NCBI RefSeq assembly: GCF_000018465.1
Contig: NC_010085.1
Span: 1,110,001-1,142,000, forward strand
Direction of reading: 5' to 3'
Length of the DNA: 32,000 bases
Origin: Nitrosopumilus maritimus SCM1
GTDB taxonomy: Archaea > Thermoproteota > Nitrososphaeria > Nitrososphaerales > Nitrosopumilaceae
The position numbers and the translations under genes are program-made. The notes under the pieces were generated by a model. It did no database searches, had not been told where the DNA came from, and saw only the letters and a list, made by a program, of their open reading frames with translations. The first letter of the stretch is position 1; each line of letters begins with the position of its first letter. This document shows, one piece after another, positions 16,167-24,606 of the stretch.

Positions 16167-17261
16167 ATGAGTAATTGGGACCTCATGATGCCGGGAATGG
16201 GACTCACATCCATAGGATTGGCAGGAGTCGTCATATCATATTCCAACATAGCACATACATTCATCGACGGAATGCATGCCTTGACTGGCCTTACCATGTT
16301 CGTAGGACTGATCTTCTTGGCAGCAGGTATCTTAGATGGAGGAGTCTCAACCAGTAATAGAGCAAAAGCCACAGTTTTGGTAATTGCTTCAATATCACTA
16401 GGATTTGGAATGTTTGCATTCACAATGAATACTTCAGCTTATACTGTTACAATAGCTGGAATTTTGATGGCAGTAGCATTCCCAGCAATCATCATAGCAT
16501 ATCTTGCAATGAAGCATCCACAATACTTGAAACCAGTAGGTTCCATAGTAGGAATGGCATCAGCTGCAGGAATTATTGCATGGATTGCGTTTGGATTTGT
16601 TAGTCCAGATCAATACATGATTCCACAAGAAGTGGAAGTAGAAGAACCAAGTGCAGAAGAAGTTGCACCAACAGGTCCAGTCACTACAATTGAAATGCTA
16701 GAAGGTTCAGCTGAAGAAGGAAATCCAGATTATGCACCAGATGCAGCAGTTGTTCAACAAGGGCATGTTGTAGAATGGGTTAATGTAGATTCAGCAGCAC
16801 ATACTGCAACTAGTTCTGCAGACTTTGGAGAAACATTTGATACAGGATTATTAGGTCCAGGAGAATCATTTACACTTGATACAACTAATTTAGAAATTGG
16901 TGAATACGAATACTTTTGTATTGTACATCCTTGGATGGTTGCAACATTAACTATTGAAGGTGCAAAAGAACCAATCAAAGTAGTAATGCCAGAAGGTGCA
17001 GCACTTCCAGAAGAAGGTCAAATCTATTACGATCCTGAAGTAATCACAGTATCTGTTGGCGACACTGTTCTATGGGACAATGCAGATACTACAGTACACA
17101 CAGTAACATCAGGTGTGCCACCTACAGATACAACAGGAGTATTTGATTCTGAAATGATGATGGCAGGAGATAGTTTTGAATTTACATTTACAGAAGCAGG
17201 AACTTATGATTATTACTGTACATTCCATCCATGGATGGTAGGAACTGTTAACGTAGAATAG
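16167..17261 (+). CDS. Membrane-anchored blue copper protein with two plastocyanin-like (cupredoxin) domains
   Basis: 364 aa. About 5 N-terminal TM helices and an acidic linker precede two type-1 Cu ligand sets: AAHTATS..FCIVHPWM and TVHTVTS..YCTFHPWM (His, Cys, His, Met). Confidence 0.88.
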   Translation: MSNWDLMMPGMGLTSIGLAGVVISYSNIAHTFIDGMHALTGLTMFVGLIFLAAGILDGGVSTSNRAKATVLVIASISLGFGMFAFTMNTSAYTVTIAGILMAVAFPAIIIAYLAMKHPQYLKPVGSIVGMASAAGIIAWIAFGFVSPDQYMIPQEVEVEEPSAEEVAPTGPVTTIEMLEGSAEEGNPDYAPDAAVVQQGHVVEWVNVDSAAHTATSSADFGETFDTGLLGPGESFTLDTTNLEIGEYEYFCIVHPWMVATLTIEGAKEPIKVVMPEGAALPEEGQIYYDPEVITVSVGDTVLWDNADTTVHTVTSGVPPTDTTGVFDSEMMMAGDSFEFTFTEAGTYDYYCTFHPWMVGTVNVE

Positions 17262-17263
17262 AT

Positions 17264-17656
17264 TTGCAGAAAATTATCTTATCAAATTCAGATAAAAAAA
17301 TTCTAACACAACATGCTGAAAATGAAAAACCAAATGAATCATGTGCAATACTGTTTGGGAAGGATAATACAGTGTCAGAGGTATTTTTAACAAAAAATAT
17401 CGAAGAATCACCAGTAAATTTTACCATTTCAAATGAGCAGTTAATTGAAGGATACAAGATTGCCGAAGAAAAAAAGATAGACGTGATAGGGATTTTTCAT
17501 TCACATCCAAATTCTGAGGCATATCCATCAAATACAGATAAAAAATTCATGAAGAGCAACCCTGTTGCATGGGTAATCTATTCTGGAGTAAACAAAGATT
17601 TTAGAGCATATTTCTTAGAATCCGAAATCAAAGAAATCCCAATTGAAGAAAGATAA
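17264..17656 (+). CDS. JAMM/MPN+ family metalloprotease
   Basis: 130 aa with a TTG start. JAMM motif E(SCAILFG)...HSHPNSEAYPSNTD (HxHx7Sx2D). Confidence 0.85.
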   Translation: MQKIILSNSDKKILTQHAENEKPNESCAILFGKDNTVSEVFLTKNIEESPVNFTISNEQLIEGYKIAEEKKIDVIGIFHSHPNSEAYPSNTDKKFMKSNPVAWVIYSGVNKDFRAYFLESEIKEIPIEER

Positions 17657-18040
17657 TCATGCCTTCCTAAAGGTAGCCTTTGTTCCATCAACCATACTAA
17701 GAATTGATTTGTCAGGAGACACTACTTTGCCAATTACATTCACAGGTGATGCAGGAGTTATCTCTCCAGGATTTCCAATTGGAGTGGGACCATAAAATAA
17801 GCAAATAGCTTTTCCTGTTGGCCAATAGGCAACATCATTTAGTTCTACAGGAGACTTTGCATTTTCTTCAGGCTGAGTAATGGGAGATTTTGAGGAATAG
17901 ATTTCATCACCCCAAACATTAAGATCTACTGTAAAGGGTAATTTTTCAACAAATTCATTTACAGTTTTTGGAGAATAAGTGTCATCTAACTTTAAGATTA
18001 TTTTTGAAGATTCGACATCAATGTGAATTTTATGTTTCAT
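17657..18040 (-). CDS. Cyclophilin-like superfamily protein (PF04126-type, function unknown)
   Basis: 127 aa. WGDEIY..NDVAYWPTGKAICLFYGPTP..PVNVIGKVV matches my recollection of the cyclophilin-like domain family. Its stop abuts the JAMM gene stop with 0 nt between them. Confidence 0.6.
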   Translation of the reverse strand: MKHKIHIDVESSKIILKLDDTYSPKTVNEFVEKLPFTVDLNVWGDEIYSSKSPITQPEENAKSPVELNDVAYWPTGKAICLFYGPTPIGNPGEITPASPVNVIGKVVSPDKSILSMVDGTKATFRKA

Positions 18041-18089
18041 GCTTTAGAACATCATTTTGAATTAAATATGCCTTTTTTTGATTAAATTC

Positions 18090-18347
18090 ATGGAAATTCA
18101 CGTATACGACACTTATGTCAAAGCAGCAGACGGTCACACTATGCACTTTGATGTAATTACTGGTGAAAAAGACCACGACAAAGCCATCTCATATGGTAAA
18201 GAGTGGTTGAAATCCATTGGAGAAGAAAATGCAACAATGACACAAAACGAATGTCAATTTTGTCACTCCCAAGGTGCACCAGAGCCTGTTGAACAGGCAA
18301 TTAAGGAAAACGGCTACTTTATCCAAAAAATGGAAGGCTGTCCTTAA
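18090..18347 (+). CDS. DUF2024-family small protein
   Basis: MEIHVYDTYVKAADGHTMHFDVITGEKDH.. matches the recalled DUF2024 N-terminal pattern. The track ORF begins at TTG 18078; I prefer ATG 18090. Confidence 0.6.
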   Translation: MEIHVYDTYVKAADGHTMHFDVITGEKDHDKAISYGKEWLKSIGEENATMTQNECQFCHSQGAPEPVEQAIKENGYFIQKMEGCP

Positions 18348-18405
18348 ACATTTTTTCCTTTTTCTACAAGACACATTTTTTAGATTAACAACATTACATG
18401 CTTGT

Positions 18406-18594
18406 ATGGTCGAACACAAATATTCAAAATGGACAGTAGAAGGAGATAAAAAAACTGAATGGATATGTGGATGTTTTCAAACTGCAGATAATTTTTTCAA
18501 GTTTTGCGAGATGCATGAAGATACTTTGAAAAAAGCTATTCAAGCACAAGTCGACGAATTAGATATGACACAAGTAGTTGAGGAAAAAGCTTAG
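18406..18594 (+). CDS. Hypothetical small protein (62 aa from the internal ATG)
   Basis: The track ORF 18274-18594 overlaps the 3' end of the DUF2024 gene. ATG 18406 (MVEHKYSKWTVEGDKKTEWICGCFQTADNFFKFCEMHED..) is the first non-overlapping start. The 3' end overlaps hppA by 4 nt in convergent orientation. Confidence 0.4.
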   Translation: MVEHKYSKWTVEGDKKTEWICGCFQTADNFFKFCEMHEDTLKKAIQAQVDELDMTQVVEEKA

Positions 18595-20630
18595 ATTGCA
18601 AGTATTGCTACAAATGCAGATACAAACACTATTGCAATTGTATTAAGTAGTTTGATTACTGTGTTAAGAGCTGGACCTGCAGTGTCTTTGTATGGGTCAC
18701 CAATGATATCACCAACGACTGCTACTTTGTGTACTTCAGAACCTTTCTCACCTTTCATTTCAACAAGTTTCTTTGCGTTATCCCATGCACCACCAGTGTT
18801 AGCCAAGTGATAAGCAAGGAGAATGCCAGTTACAACAGAACCCATAAGTAATCCAGCCACGGCAGTTGGACCTAATATTATACCAAGAATAATTGGAGCT
18901 ATAATTGCAACAATTGCTGGTTTCCAAAGTTCACGGATAGAAGCAACAGTTGCAATATCTACACACTTTGCATAATCAGGTTTTGATTTACCAGTTAAAA
19001 TTTCAGGATCAGATTTGAATTGACGTCTAACCTCATCTACCATCTTTCCAGCAGCACGAGATACACCGTTAATTAACTGACCAGTGATGATGAATGGAAT
19101 TAATCCACCCACCAAAAGACCAACAATGATTGCAGGATTTGTTAAACTATAATCTAAATCTAATACGCCTTCAAAGATATGTGCTGCTTCAAATTGGAAT
19201 GCTTGAATCATTGCTAATGCAGCTAATGCAGCACTGGCAATAGCAAATCCTTTTGTAACTGCTTTAGTTGTATTTCCAACAGCATCAATTTCATCTGTAA
19301 CTTTACGATTTTCTTCTCCCATTCCAGTCATCTCAACAATACCGCCTGCATTATCAGCAATTGGACCAAATGCATCTATACTTAGAACAATTCCTGCAAG
19401 ACTCAACATTGCCATAGCAGTTAGAGAAGTTCCAAATATGCCATATAGTACTGGGTCTGCACCTTCAGGAGCTGCTGCAGCTGCGATGCTATAAGATATG
19501 ATAATTGCAACAACTAATGCAATCATGAATGGCCCAGTTGATTGCATGCCTTTGATAATTCCCATCAAGGTTAATGATGCATATCCCCATTTTGCAGAGT
19601 CTGCAATTTCATTAACAGGACCGTGTTGGTAACTAGTATATCTATCAGTAATTTTTTGAATCACAGGAACCAAAATTACTCCAATTACGGTAGTTCCAAA
19701 CAAAGCATATGCTGCTTGGTTTTGTTCAATGAATTGAGTGATAAACACATAGTTTAATGCGATTGCAATTGCTGCTGAAACATAAAACGAACGATTAAGC
19801 GGTTTCATTACATCCGTAACACCTTTTGAACCTACAATAACAACACCAATGATTGATGCAATCATTCCAGATGAACCGACTAAGATTGGATAAAGGAAAT
19901 AGTTTGGTGCACCAATTAATGCTGCAATTAGTAATGCTGCCAAAATTGTAACAATATAAGATTCGTAAACATCAGAACCCATTCCAGCTGCATCTCCAAC
20001 GTTATCTCCTACGTTGTCTGCAATAGTTGCAGGGTTTCTAGGATCATCTTCAGGAATATTTGCTTCAACTTTTCCTACCAAGTCTGCTCCCATATCCGCA
20101 GCTTTTGTGAAGATACCACCACCAATTCTGATAAATAATGCAATAAGACTTGCTCCAATTCCAACACCTGCAATTGTAATTGGGTCTGGATAAATTACAT
20201 ACAAACCAGCAATTGCCATTAATGCCATTGCAGGTACTGCAAGACCAACGGTTGCACCGCCTCTAAAGGCCATGGCAAATGTTTTTCCTAGTCCGTCATT
20301 GCTTAGATGTGCAGCTCTTACTGCTGCTTTTACTGTAATTTTTAATGAGATAATTCCTGCAACAGCCGATAATGCTGCGCCAACTGCAAATGCAAGACCG
20401 TTTGAAGGAGTAAGGAATGCTCCAATAATTACAGTTAATGCAATTGCAACAGGAATGATAATTTTCATCTCTCTTTTCAGAAATGCTGCAGCGCCAACTT
20501 TGACAGCATTTGAGATATCCATCATCTCTTTTGTTCCAGCAGGTTGCTTTGAAATCCAAGCAACTAATCCACCAGCAACTAAAAATGATGCAATTCCTGC
20601 GATAAATGGCAGAATCTCAGAGATTTCCAT
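18591..20630 (-). CDS. hppA: Membrane-bound H+-translocating pyrophosphatase, predicted K+-independent type
   Basis: Motifs GGGIFTKAADMGADLVGKVE, DNVGDNVGDAAGMGSD and GNTTKAVTKGFAI. The Lys in GNTTKA is the published determinant of K+ independence. I prefer the start at ATG 20630 (MEISEILPFIAG) over the upstream TTG 20669. Confidence 0.93.
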   Translation of the reverse strand: MEISEILPFIAGIASFLVAGGLVAWISKQPAGTKEMMDISNAVKVGAAAFLKREMKIIIPVAIALTVIIGAFLTPSNGLAFAVGAALSAVAGIISLKITVKAAVRAAHLSNDGLGKTFAMAFRGGATVGLAVPAMALMAIAGLYVIYPDPITIAGVGIGASLIALFIRIGGGIFTKAADMGADLVGKVEANIPEDDPRNPATIADNVGDNVGDAAGMGSDVYESYIVTILAALLIAALIGAPNYFLYPILVGSSGMIASIIGVVIVGSKGVTDVMKPLNRSFYVSAAIAIALNYVFITQFIEQNQAAYALFGTTVIGVILVPVIQKITDRYTSYQHGPVNEIADSAKWGYASLTLMGIIKGMQSTGPFMIALVVAIIISYSIAAAAAPEGADPVLYGIFGTSLTAMAMLSLAGIVLSIDAFGPIADNAGGIVEMTGMGEENRKVTDEIDAVGNTTKAVTKGFAIASAALAALAMIQAFQFEAAHIFEGVLDLDYSLTNPAIIVGLLVGGLIPFIITGQLINGVSRAAGKMVDEVRRQFKSDPEILTGKSKPDYAKCVDIATVASIRELWKPAIVAIIAPIILGIILGPTAVAGLLMGSVVTGILLAYHLANTGGAWDNAKKLVEMKGEKGSEVHKVAVVGDIIGDPYKDTAGPALNTVIKLLNTIAIVFVSAFVAILAI

Positions 20631-20665
20631 GTTATACTCGCATGCCCAAGTCTGGGAAATATAAA

Positions 20666-21043
20666 TCAAATAGCGTGGGCTTTGGTTCTTTTTCTATATG
20701 GCAAAAATGATTTGCCACGCAAGCCCTGTCTTACTAGCTTGTTGAATCTCTTACCATGTGCAAGGTAAGGGAATCGCATATGGATCAACTCATGAACAAT
20801 TGTATTCTCAAGAGTTTTCTCATCAGGGATCTTTCTAACATTTATGAAAACTAGATTATGTTGAAGATAAGATACACCATAGTACTTGTAAGCAGAAGTA
20901 CGTCTTCCTTCAGTCATCTCTTTTGGGGCATCAAGAACTTCTTTTGTTGTTAATAGAATGGTTGGTTCGGGTATTGAGAATCGATTAGAGTAGATTCCAA
21001 CTTTTTCTAGAATTTGTAATTTCAGTTCAGGGTCAAGCTTCAC
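20666..21043 (-). CDS. Small zinc metallopeptidase-fold protein (SprT/DUF45-like)
   Basis: 125 aa with a GTG start. The HExxH motif sits in TIVHELIHMRFPYLAHGKRFNKL, resembling the HELxH..H..F arrangement of DUF45/SprT-like proteins. Confidence 0.6.
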   Translation of the reverse strand: MKLDPELKLQILEKVGIYSNRFSIPEPTILLTTKEVLDAPKEMTEGRRTSAYKYYGVSYLQHNLVFINVRKIPDEKTLENTIVHELIHMRFPYLAHGKRFNKLVRQGLRGKSFLPYRKRTKAHAI

Positions 21044-21135
21044 ACAATCCAGTCTTGTAATCTGTGTTTATCTTGGAATGTCAATTCTTGTAAGAAATTT
21101 GGTTGATTTTCATTCTTCAAAATTAGGAATTAATA

Positions 21136-21193
21136 GGGTCAGAGGTTTTAGTAGTGTAATCATTAGTCATACAGCCACCGTCTCATCATACCC
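21136..21193 (-). ncRNA. Candidate C/D box sRNA (58 nt)
   Basis: The minus strand reads GGGU-AUGAUGA-GACGGUGGCUGU-AUGA-CUA-AUGAUUA-CACUACUAAAACCU-CUGA-CCC. It has a consensus C box (RUGAUGA) and D box (CUGA), a GGG/CCC terminal stem, and degenerate D'/C' boxes with a 12-nt first spacer. It begins 2 nt after the stop of the upstream gene. Weakness: the second spacer is 14 nt, not 12. Confidence 0.55.
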
Positions 21194-21194
21194 T

Positions 21195-21689
21195 TTATTC
21201 CATTAAATCAAGTAGACTTTGTACTTTATTTCTAATTTCTGAGGTAATTTTGACTATTACTAGTCCTTCATTAGGTTGACCATACATCACAACAGAATTT
21301 TCAGGTGCATGTATGCATACAGGCAATACCAAGAGGTCTTCTTCACCAGTAACAAGAATTCTTACTGGAGATTCCATCGAGAATGCCTTTTTGATAACAT
21401 CAATGCTTTGGGAAGTGATTTCTGCAGGAGGGTTGTCAACTGTAATCTCAGTTGTGTTTACAAGTTTTGGAGGTTCTCTCTTTTCTCTTTTTTCAATACC
21501 ATCTACGATTTGTAGTGATGGAATCAAGTCAAAATCAATCATCTTTTCAGTAGTTCTATCACCAACTGTAATGATGTAGGAGTTTTCTTCAAGATGTTTT
21601 AGAATATTTTCTTTGTCTGCCTGATTTTCAGACAAAAGAATGCCCAAAGGGATTTTCATTTGTTCCCTAAGAGAATCAGGTAACTTCAC
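21195..21689 (-). CDS. DUF359 protein; archaeal GTP-dependent dephospho-CoA kinase family
   Basis: 164 aa. ITVGDRTT..LQIVDGIEKR..VTGEEDLLVLP..VMYGQPNEGLVIV matches the DUF359/COG1909 pattern. That family was shown to be dephospho-CoA kinase in Thermococcus kodakarensis. Confidence 0.75.
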   Translation of the reverse strand: MKLPDSLREQMKIPLGILLSENQADKENILKHLEENSYIITVGDRTTEKMIDFDLIPSLQIVDGIEKREKREPPKLVNTTEITVDNPPAEITSQSIDVIKKAFSMESPVRILVTGEEDLLVLPVCIHAPENSVVMYGQPNEGLVIVKITSEIRNKVQSLLDLME

Positions 21690-21700
21690 AAAAATCGATT

Positions 21701-22813
21701 CTAGTTTGTACTTGCCTCTGGAGCAGATTCTTCATTAGAGCCTTCAGACTCCATCTCTTCTTGAAGTTTTGCTGCAAGAATACTACATTGTGCTGCAATG
21801 TTTTTGGCAGCAATTCTAAATGCATCAGCACTTGGAGAATCAGGATTTGTAATCATGATTGGTTTTCCTATATCAGAACCAGACATGATTCCAGAGTTTA
21901 ATGGAATTTCACCTAAGAAAGGCATGTTGTGTTGTTCACTAATTTTCTTTGCACCACCATCACCAAAGATGTAATGTCTTTCATCACAATTTGGACATAT
22001 GAAATGACTCATGTTTTCAACAACACCAATGATTGGAACGTTTAGTTTTTCAAACATGCCGATTGCTTTTACTGCGACATTACTTGCAACATCTTGAGGA
22101 GTAGTAACTACTAGAATTCCAGTAATAGGAATTGTTTGTGCAAGAGTTAATGGAATATCACCAGTTCCTGGAGGAAGATCTACAATAAGATAATCCAAAT
22201 CAGACCAGTTTGTGTCAACTAAGAATTGTTTTAGAATACCAGATATAATTGGGCCACGGTAAATTGCGGCTTGGTGTGCTTGTTCTGCAAAGAAACCAAA
22301 TGAAACAACTTTGAGACCATTTGATTCTGCTGGTTGAAGTTTGTTATCTTCAACTTCCATAAATCCATCTTTCATTCCAAGCATTAACGGAATACTTGGG
22401 CCATAGATATCAGCATCAAGTAATCCAACTTTTGCACCTGTTTGTTGTAGTGCCAAAGCTAAATTGAGAGATACTGTTGATTTGCCTACACCACCTTTTC
22501 CACTTGCGACACCAATAATATTTTTGACTGTAGCCATTCCAGTGTCTGCATCAAGTGAGCGTCCCTCCATTACCTTTGCAGTTACATTCATGTCAAAGTT
22601 TTTCAATTCAGTAAGTTCGCCAATTGCTTTTCTTACATCATCTTCAATTTCGACATTGAAAGGACACGCAGGAGTAGTTAATTCTAGTGTAAATTTCAAG
22701 TTGTTATCATTAAGTTCTAAATCTTTGATCATTCCCATTGATACAATGTCTTTTTTCAAGTCAGGATCAATTACTGTACTAAGTTTTTCAAGGACTTGAT
22801 CTATGCCAACCAT
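21701..22813 (-). CDS. Mrp/ApbC/NBP35-type Fe-S cluster carrier ATPase with an N-terminal DUF59 domain
   Basis: DUF59-like N-terminus (VIDPDLKKDIVSMGMI), deviant Walker A SGKGGVGKST, and CPNC in HFICPNCDERHYIFG. I prefer ATG 22813 over TTG 22861 because a TTTAAATA element lies 23 nt upstream of it. Confidence 0.92.
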   Translation of the reverse strand: MVGIDQVLEKLSTVIDPDLKKDIVSMGMIKDLELNDNNLKFTLELTTPACPFNVEIEDDVRKAIGELTELKNFDMNVTAKVMEGRSLDADTGMATVKNIIGVASGKGGVGKSTVSLNLALALQQTGAKVGLLDADIYGPSIPLMLGMKDGFMEVEDNKLQPAESNGLKVVSFGFFAEQAHQAAIYRGPIISGILKQFLVDTNWSDLDYLIVDLPPGTGDIPLTLAQTIPITGILVVTTPQDVASNVAVKAIGMFEKLNVPIIGVVENMSHFICPNCDERHYIFGDGGAKKISEQHNMPFLGEIPLNSGIMSGSDIGKPIMITNPDSPSADAFRIAAKNIAAQCSILAAKLQEEMESEGSNEESAPEASTN

Positions 22814-22836
22814 TGCGTCAAAAAGCCCTTCTACAT

Positions 22837-22844
22837 TATTTAAA
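22837..22844 (-). promoter_or_regulatory. TATA-box-like element for the mrp/apbC gene (leaderless-type spacing)
   Basis: Minus strand TTTAAATA, 23 nt upstream of ATG 22813. This is consistent with an archaeal TATA at about -26 and a transcript starting at or near the ATG. Confidence 0.4.
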
Positions 22845-22930
22845 CATAAGTTGGGGACCAAAAGAAATTGGCATTATTTTCTAAAATTAGTAAAATCTTT
22901 GGAAAAATGTGCCTAAATTACCCAAAGATT

Positions 22931-22938
22931 CATAAATT
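22931..22938 (+). promoter_or_regulatory. TATA-box-like element for rpo7
   Basis: CATAAATT, 23 nt upstream of the forced TTG start at 22962. Confidence 0.35.
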
Positions 22939-22961
22939 GAAATTCAAGAAAAACAGCACAG

Positions 22962-23558
22962 TTGTTTTCTATATCTACTCTAGTTGATGTTGTCAGGATT
23001 CCTCCAAGCTTGTTTGGAACCACACTCAAAAAGGCAGCAGTAAACATTCTCAAAGAAAAGTACGAGAGTATGATTAATGCAGATTTAGGTTACATCATTA
23101 TGATTTTAGATGCTAAAGTTGATGAAATGGGAAAGATGATTGCCGGAGACGGAGGAACATTCCACAGAGTTCAATTTGAAGCATTAACATTTTATCCAAA
23201 ATTACAAGAAATTGTACAAGGAGAAATTGTAGACATTACTGACTTTGGTGCATTTGTAAGAATTGGTCCTACAGATGCATTACTTCACTTGTCACAAGTT
23301 ATGGATGATTATCTAAAGAGTGATGTAAAATCTGGAATGATTTTAGCTAATCAAAGTGGAAGAACATTAAAAGTTGGTTCAACACTTCGTGCAAGAATCA
23401 CTGCAGTTTCATTAGGTAAAGCAGCTGCAATGGGAAAGATTGGAATTACATGCAGACAGCCATTCCTAGGTGCAGATGAATGGATTGAAGAAGAGATTAA
23501 GAAATCTTCTGGCGGTGCAGAAGAACCAGCAAAAGAAGCTAAAGTAGAGGCAAGTTAA
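22962..23558 (+). CDS. rpo7: DNA-directed RNA polymerase subunit E' (Rpo7/RpoE1) with S1 domain
   Basis: 198 aa. The TTG start is forced by an in-frame TGA at 22938-22940. It has an Rpb7-like N-terminus (VDVVRIPPSLFG) and an S1 fold (GEIVDITDFGAFVRIGPTDALLHLSQV). The spt4 gene follows 1 nt later, the conserved archaeal pairing. Confidence 0.9.
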   Translation: MFSISTLVDVVRIPPSLFGTTLKKAAVNILKEKYESMINADLGYIIMILDAKVDEMGKMIAGDGGTFHRVQFEALTFYPKLQEIVQGEIVDITDFGAFVRIGPTDALLHLSQVMDDYLKSDVKSGMILANQSGRTLKVGSTLRARITAVSLGKAAAMGKIGITCRQPFLGADEWIEEEIKKSSGGAEEPAKEAKVEAS

Positions 23559-23559
23559 G

Positions 23560-23748
23560 ATGGCACGAGAAATGGCATGCAGAAAATGCAAGTATGTAAC
23601 TGTTGGAAAAGTTTGTCCAGTATGCAAATCATCAGATTTAACACCAGATTGGAGTGGAGTTGTATTAGTGGTAGATCCAACAAACTCTGAGATTTCAAAA
23701 ACTCTTGGAATTACTCAGAAAGGCAAGTATGCAATTAAAGTAACATAA
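23560..23748 (+). CDS. spt4: Transcription elongation factor Spt4 (RpoE'')
   Basis: 62 aa. Zinc ribbon CRKC..CPVC followed by DWSGVVLVVDP..SEISKTLGI. Confidence 0.9.
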   Translation: MAREMACRKCKYVTVGKVCPVCKSSDLTPDWSGVVLVVDPTNSEISKTLGITQKGKYAIKVT

Positions 23749-23757
23749 AATTTCTAA

Positions 23758-23767
23758 ATATTTAAAA
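23758..23767 (+). promoter_or_regulatory. TATA-box-like element for nadC
   Basis: ATATTTAAAA, ending 20 nt upstream of ATG 23788. Confidence 0.35.
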
Positions 23768-23787
23768 TCAAACTTCGTTTTATCATA

Positions 23788-24606
23788 ATGTTGTCATTTA
23801 ATTCTAAAAAGCAGTTGTCACAATTTCTAGCTGAAGATATTGGTAAAGGAGACATTACAAGTGCATTATTACCTAAAAAGAAAATTACAGTTAGGATAAT
23901 TTCAAGAGAAAGTGCAATAGTAGGTGGAGCTGCACATGCAAGACAGATTTTCAAAATTAAAGGATGTAATGCAAGAATATTGAAGAAAGATGGTTCGAAG
24001 GTACGTCCAAATGAAACAATAATGACCATTTCGGGGGATGCAGGAAAGATTTTGACATGTGAAAGAACTGCACTTAATCTTTTAACAAGAATGAGTGGAA
24101 TTGCAACGCAGACAAACGAACTTGTAAAAAAAATTCCAAAGAAAACTAAACTCTATGCTACAAGAAAAACTGCACCAGGATTACGATACTTTGACAAAGA
24201 AGCAGTGGAGATAGGAGGAGGTAAAAAACACAGATTACGACTAGATGAAATGGTCATGATAAAAGATAATCACATTGCAGTAGGTAGTTCACTTGAATCA
24301 TTAATCAAAAAAGCAAAAAAGAAACATAGAAAGTTTGAAGTTGAAGTTGAAAATACACCTGATGCAGTTCTTGCTGCAAAAGAAGGTGCAACAATTATCA
24401 TGTTAGATAATTTTACTCCGAATCAAATTAGAAAAACAATCGCAGTTCTTAAGAATCAAAAATTACGAAAAAAAGTTTTGCTTGAAGCATCAGGGGGGAT
24501 TAATTCAAAAAATATTTCCAAATACGGACAAACAGGAGTAGACATTATTTCAGTGGGAAGTATTACAAATTCCGTAAAAGGAATTGATGTAAGTTTAGAA
24601 ATTTAG
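23788..24606 (+). CDS. nadC: Nicotinate-nucleotide pyrophosphorylase (quinolinate phosphoribosyltransferase)
   Basis: 272 aa. EDIGKGDITS, ERTALNLL..SGIAT, TRKTAPGLR, HR..L.D..MIKDNH and a C-terminal SVGS.T match the NadC pattern. Confidence 0.92.
   Translation: MLSFNSKKQLSQFLAEDIGKGDITSALLPKKKITVRIISRESAIVGGAAHARQIFKIKGCNARILKKDGSKVRPNETIMTISGDAGKILTCERTALNLLTRMSGIATQTNELVKKIPKKTKLYATRKTAPGLRYFDKEAVEIGGGKKHRLRLDEMVMIKDNHIAVGSSLESLIKKAKKKHRKFEVEVENTPDAVLAAKEGATIIMLDNFTPNQIRKTIAVLKNQKLRKKVLLEASGGINSKNISKYGQTGVDIISVGSITNSVKGIDVSLEI

Noticed and set aside
18274-18405. The 5' part of ORF 18274-18594, which overlaps the DUF2024 gene.
   Set aside because: The overlap with a better-supported gene makes the internal ATG 18406 the more plausible start. 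Even the shortened gene is low confidence.
20272-20664. ORFs 20272-20664(+) and 20296-20559(-, off-frame) within hppA.
   Set aside because: They lie inside the H+-PPase gene and arise from Ala/Gly-rich codon composition.
20631-20669. The 13-codon N-terminal extension of hppA from TTG 20669. The same applies to mrp from TTG 22861 and to the DUF2024 gene from TTG 18078.
   Set aside because: Downstream ATGs give N-termini that match family expectations. For mrp, the downstream ATG also has a TATA-like box at the correct distance.
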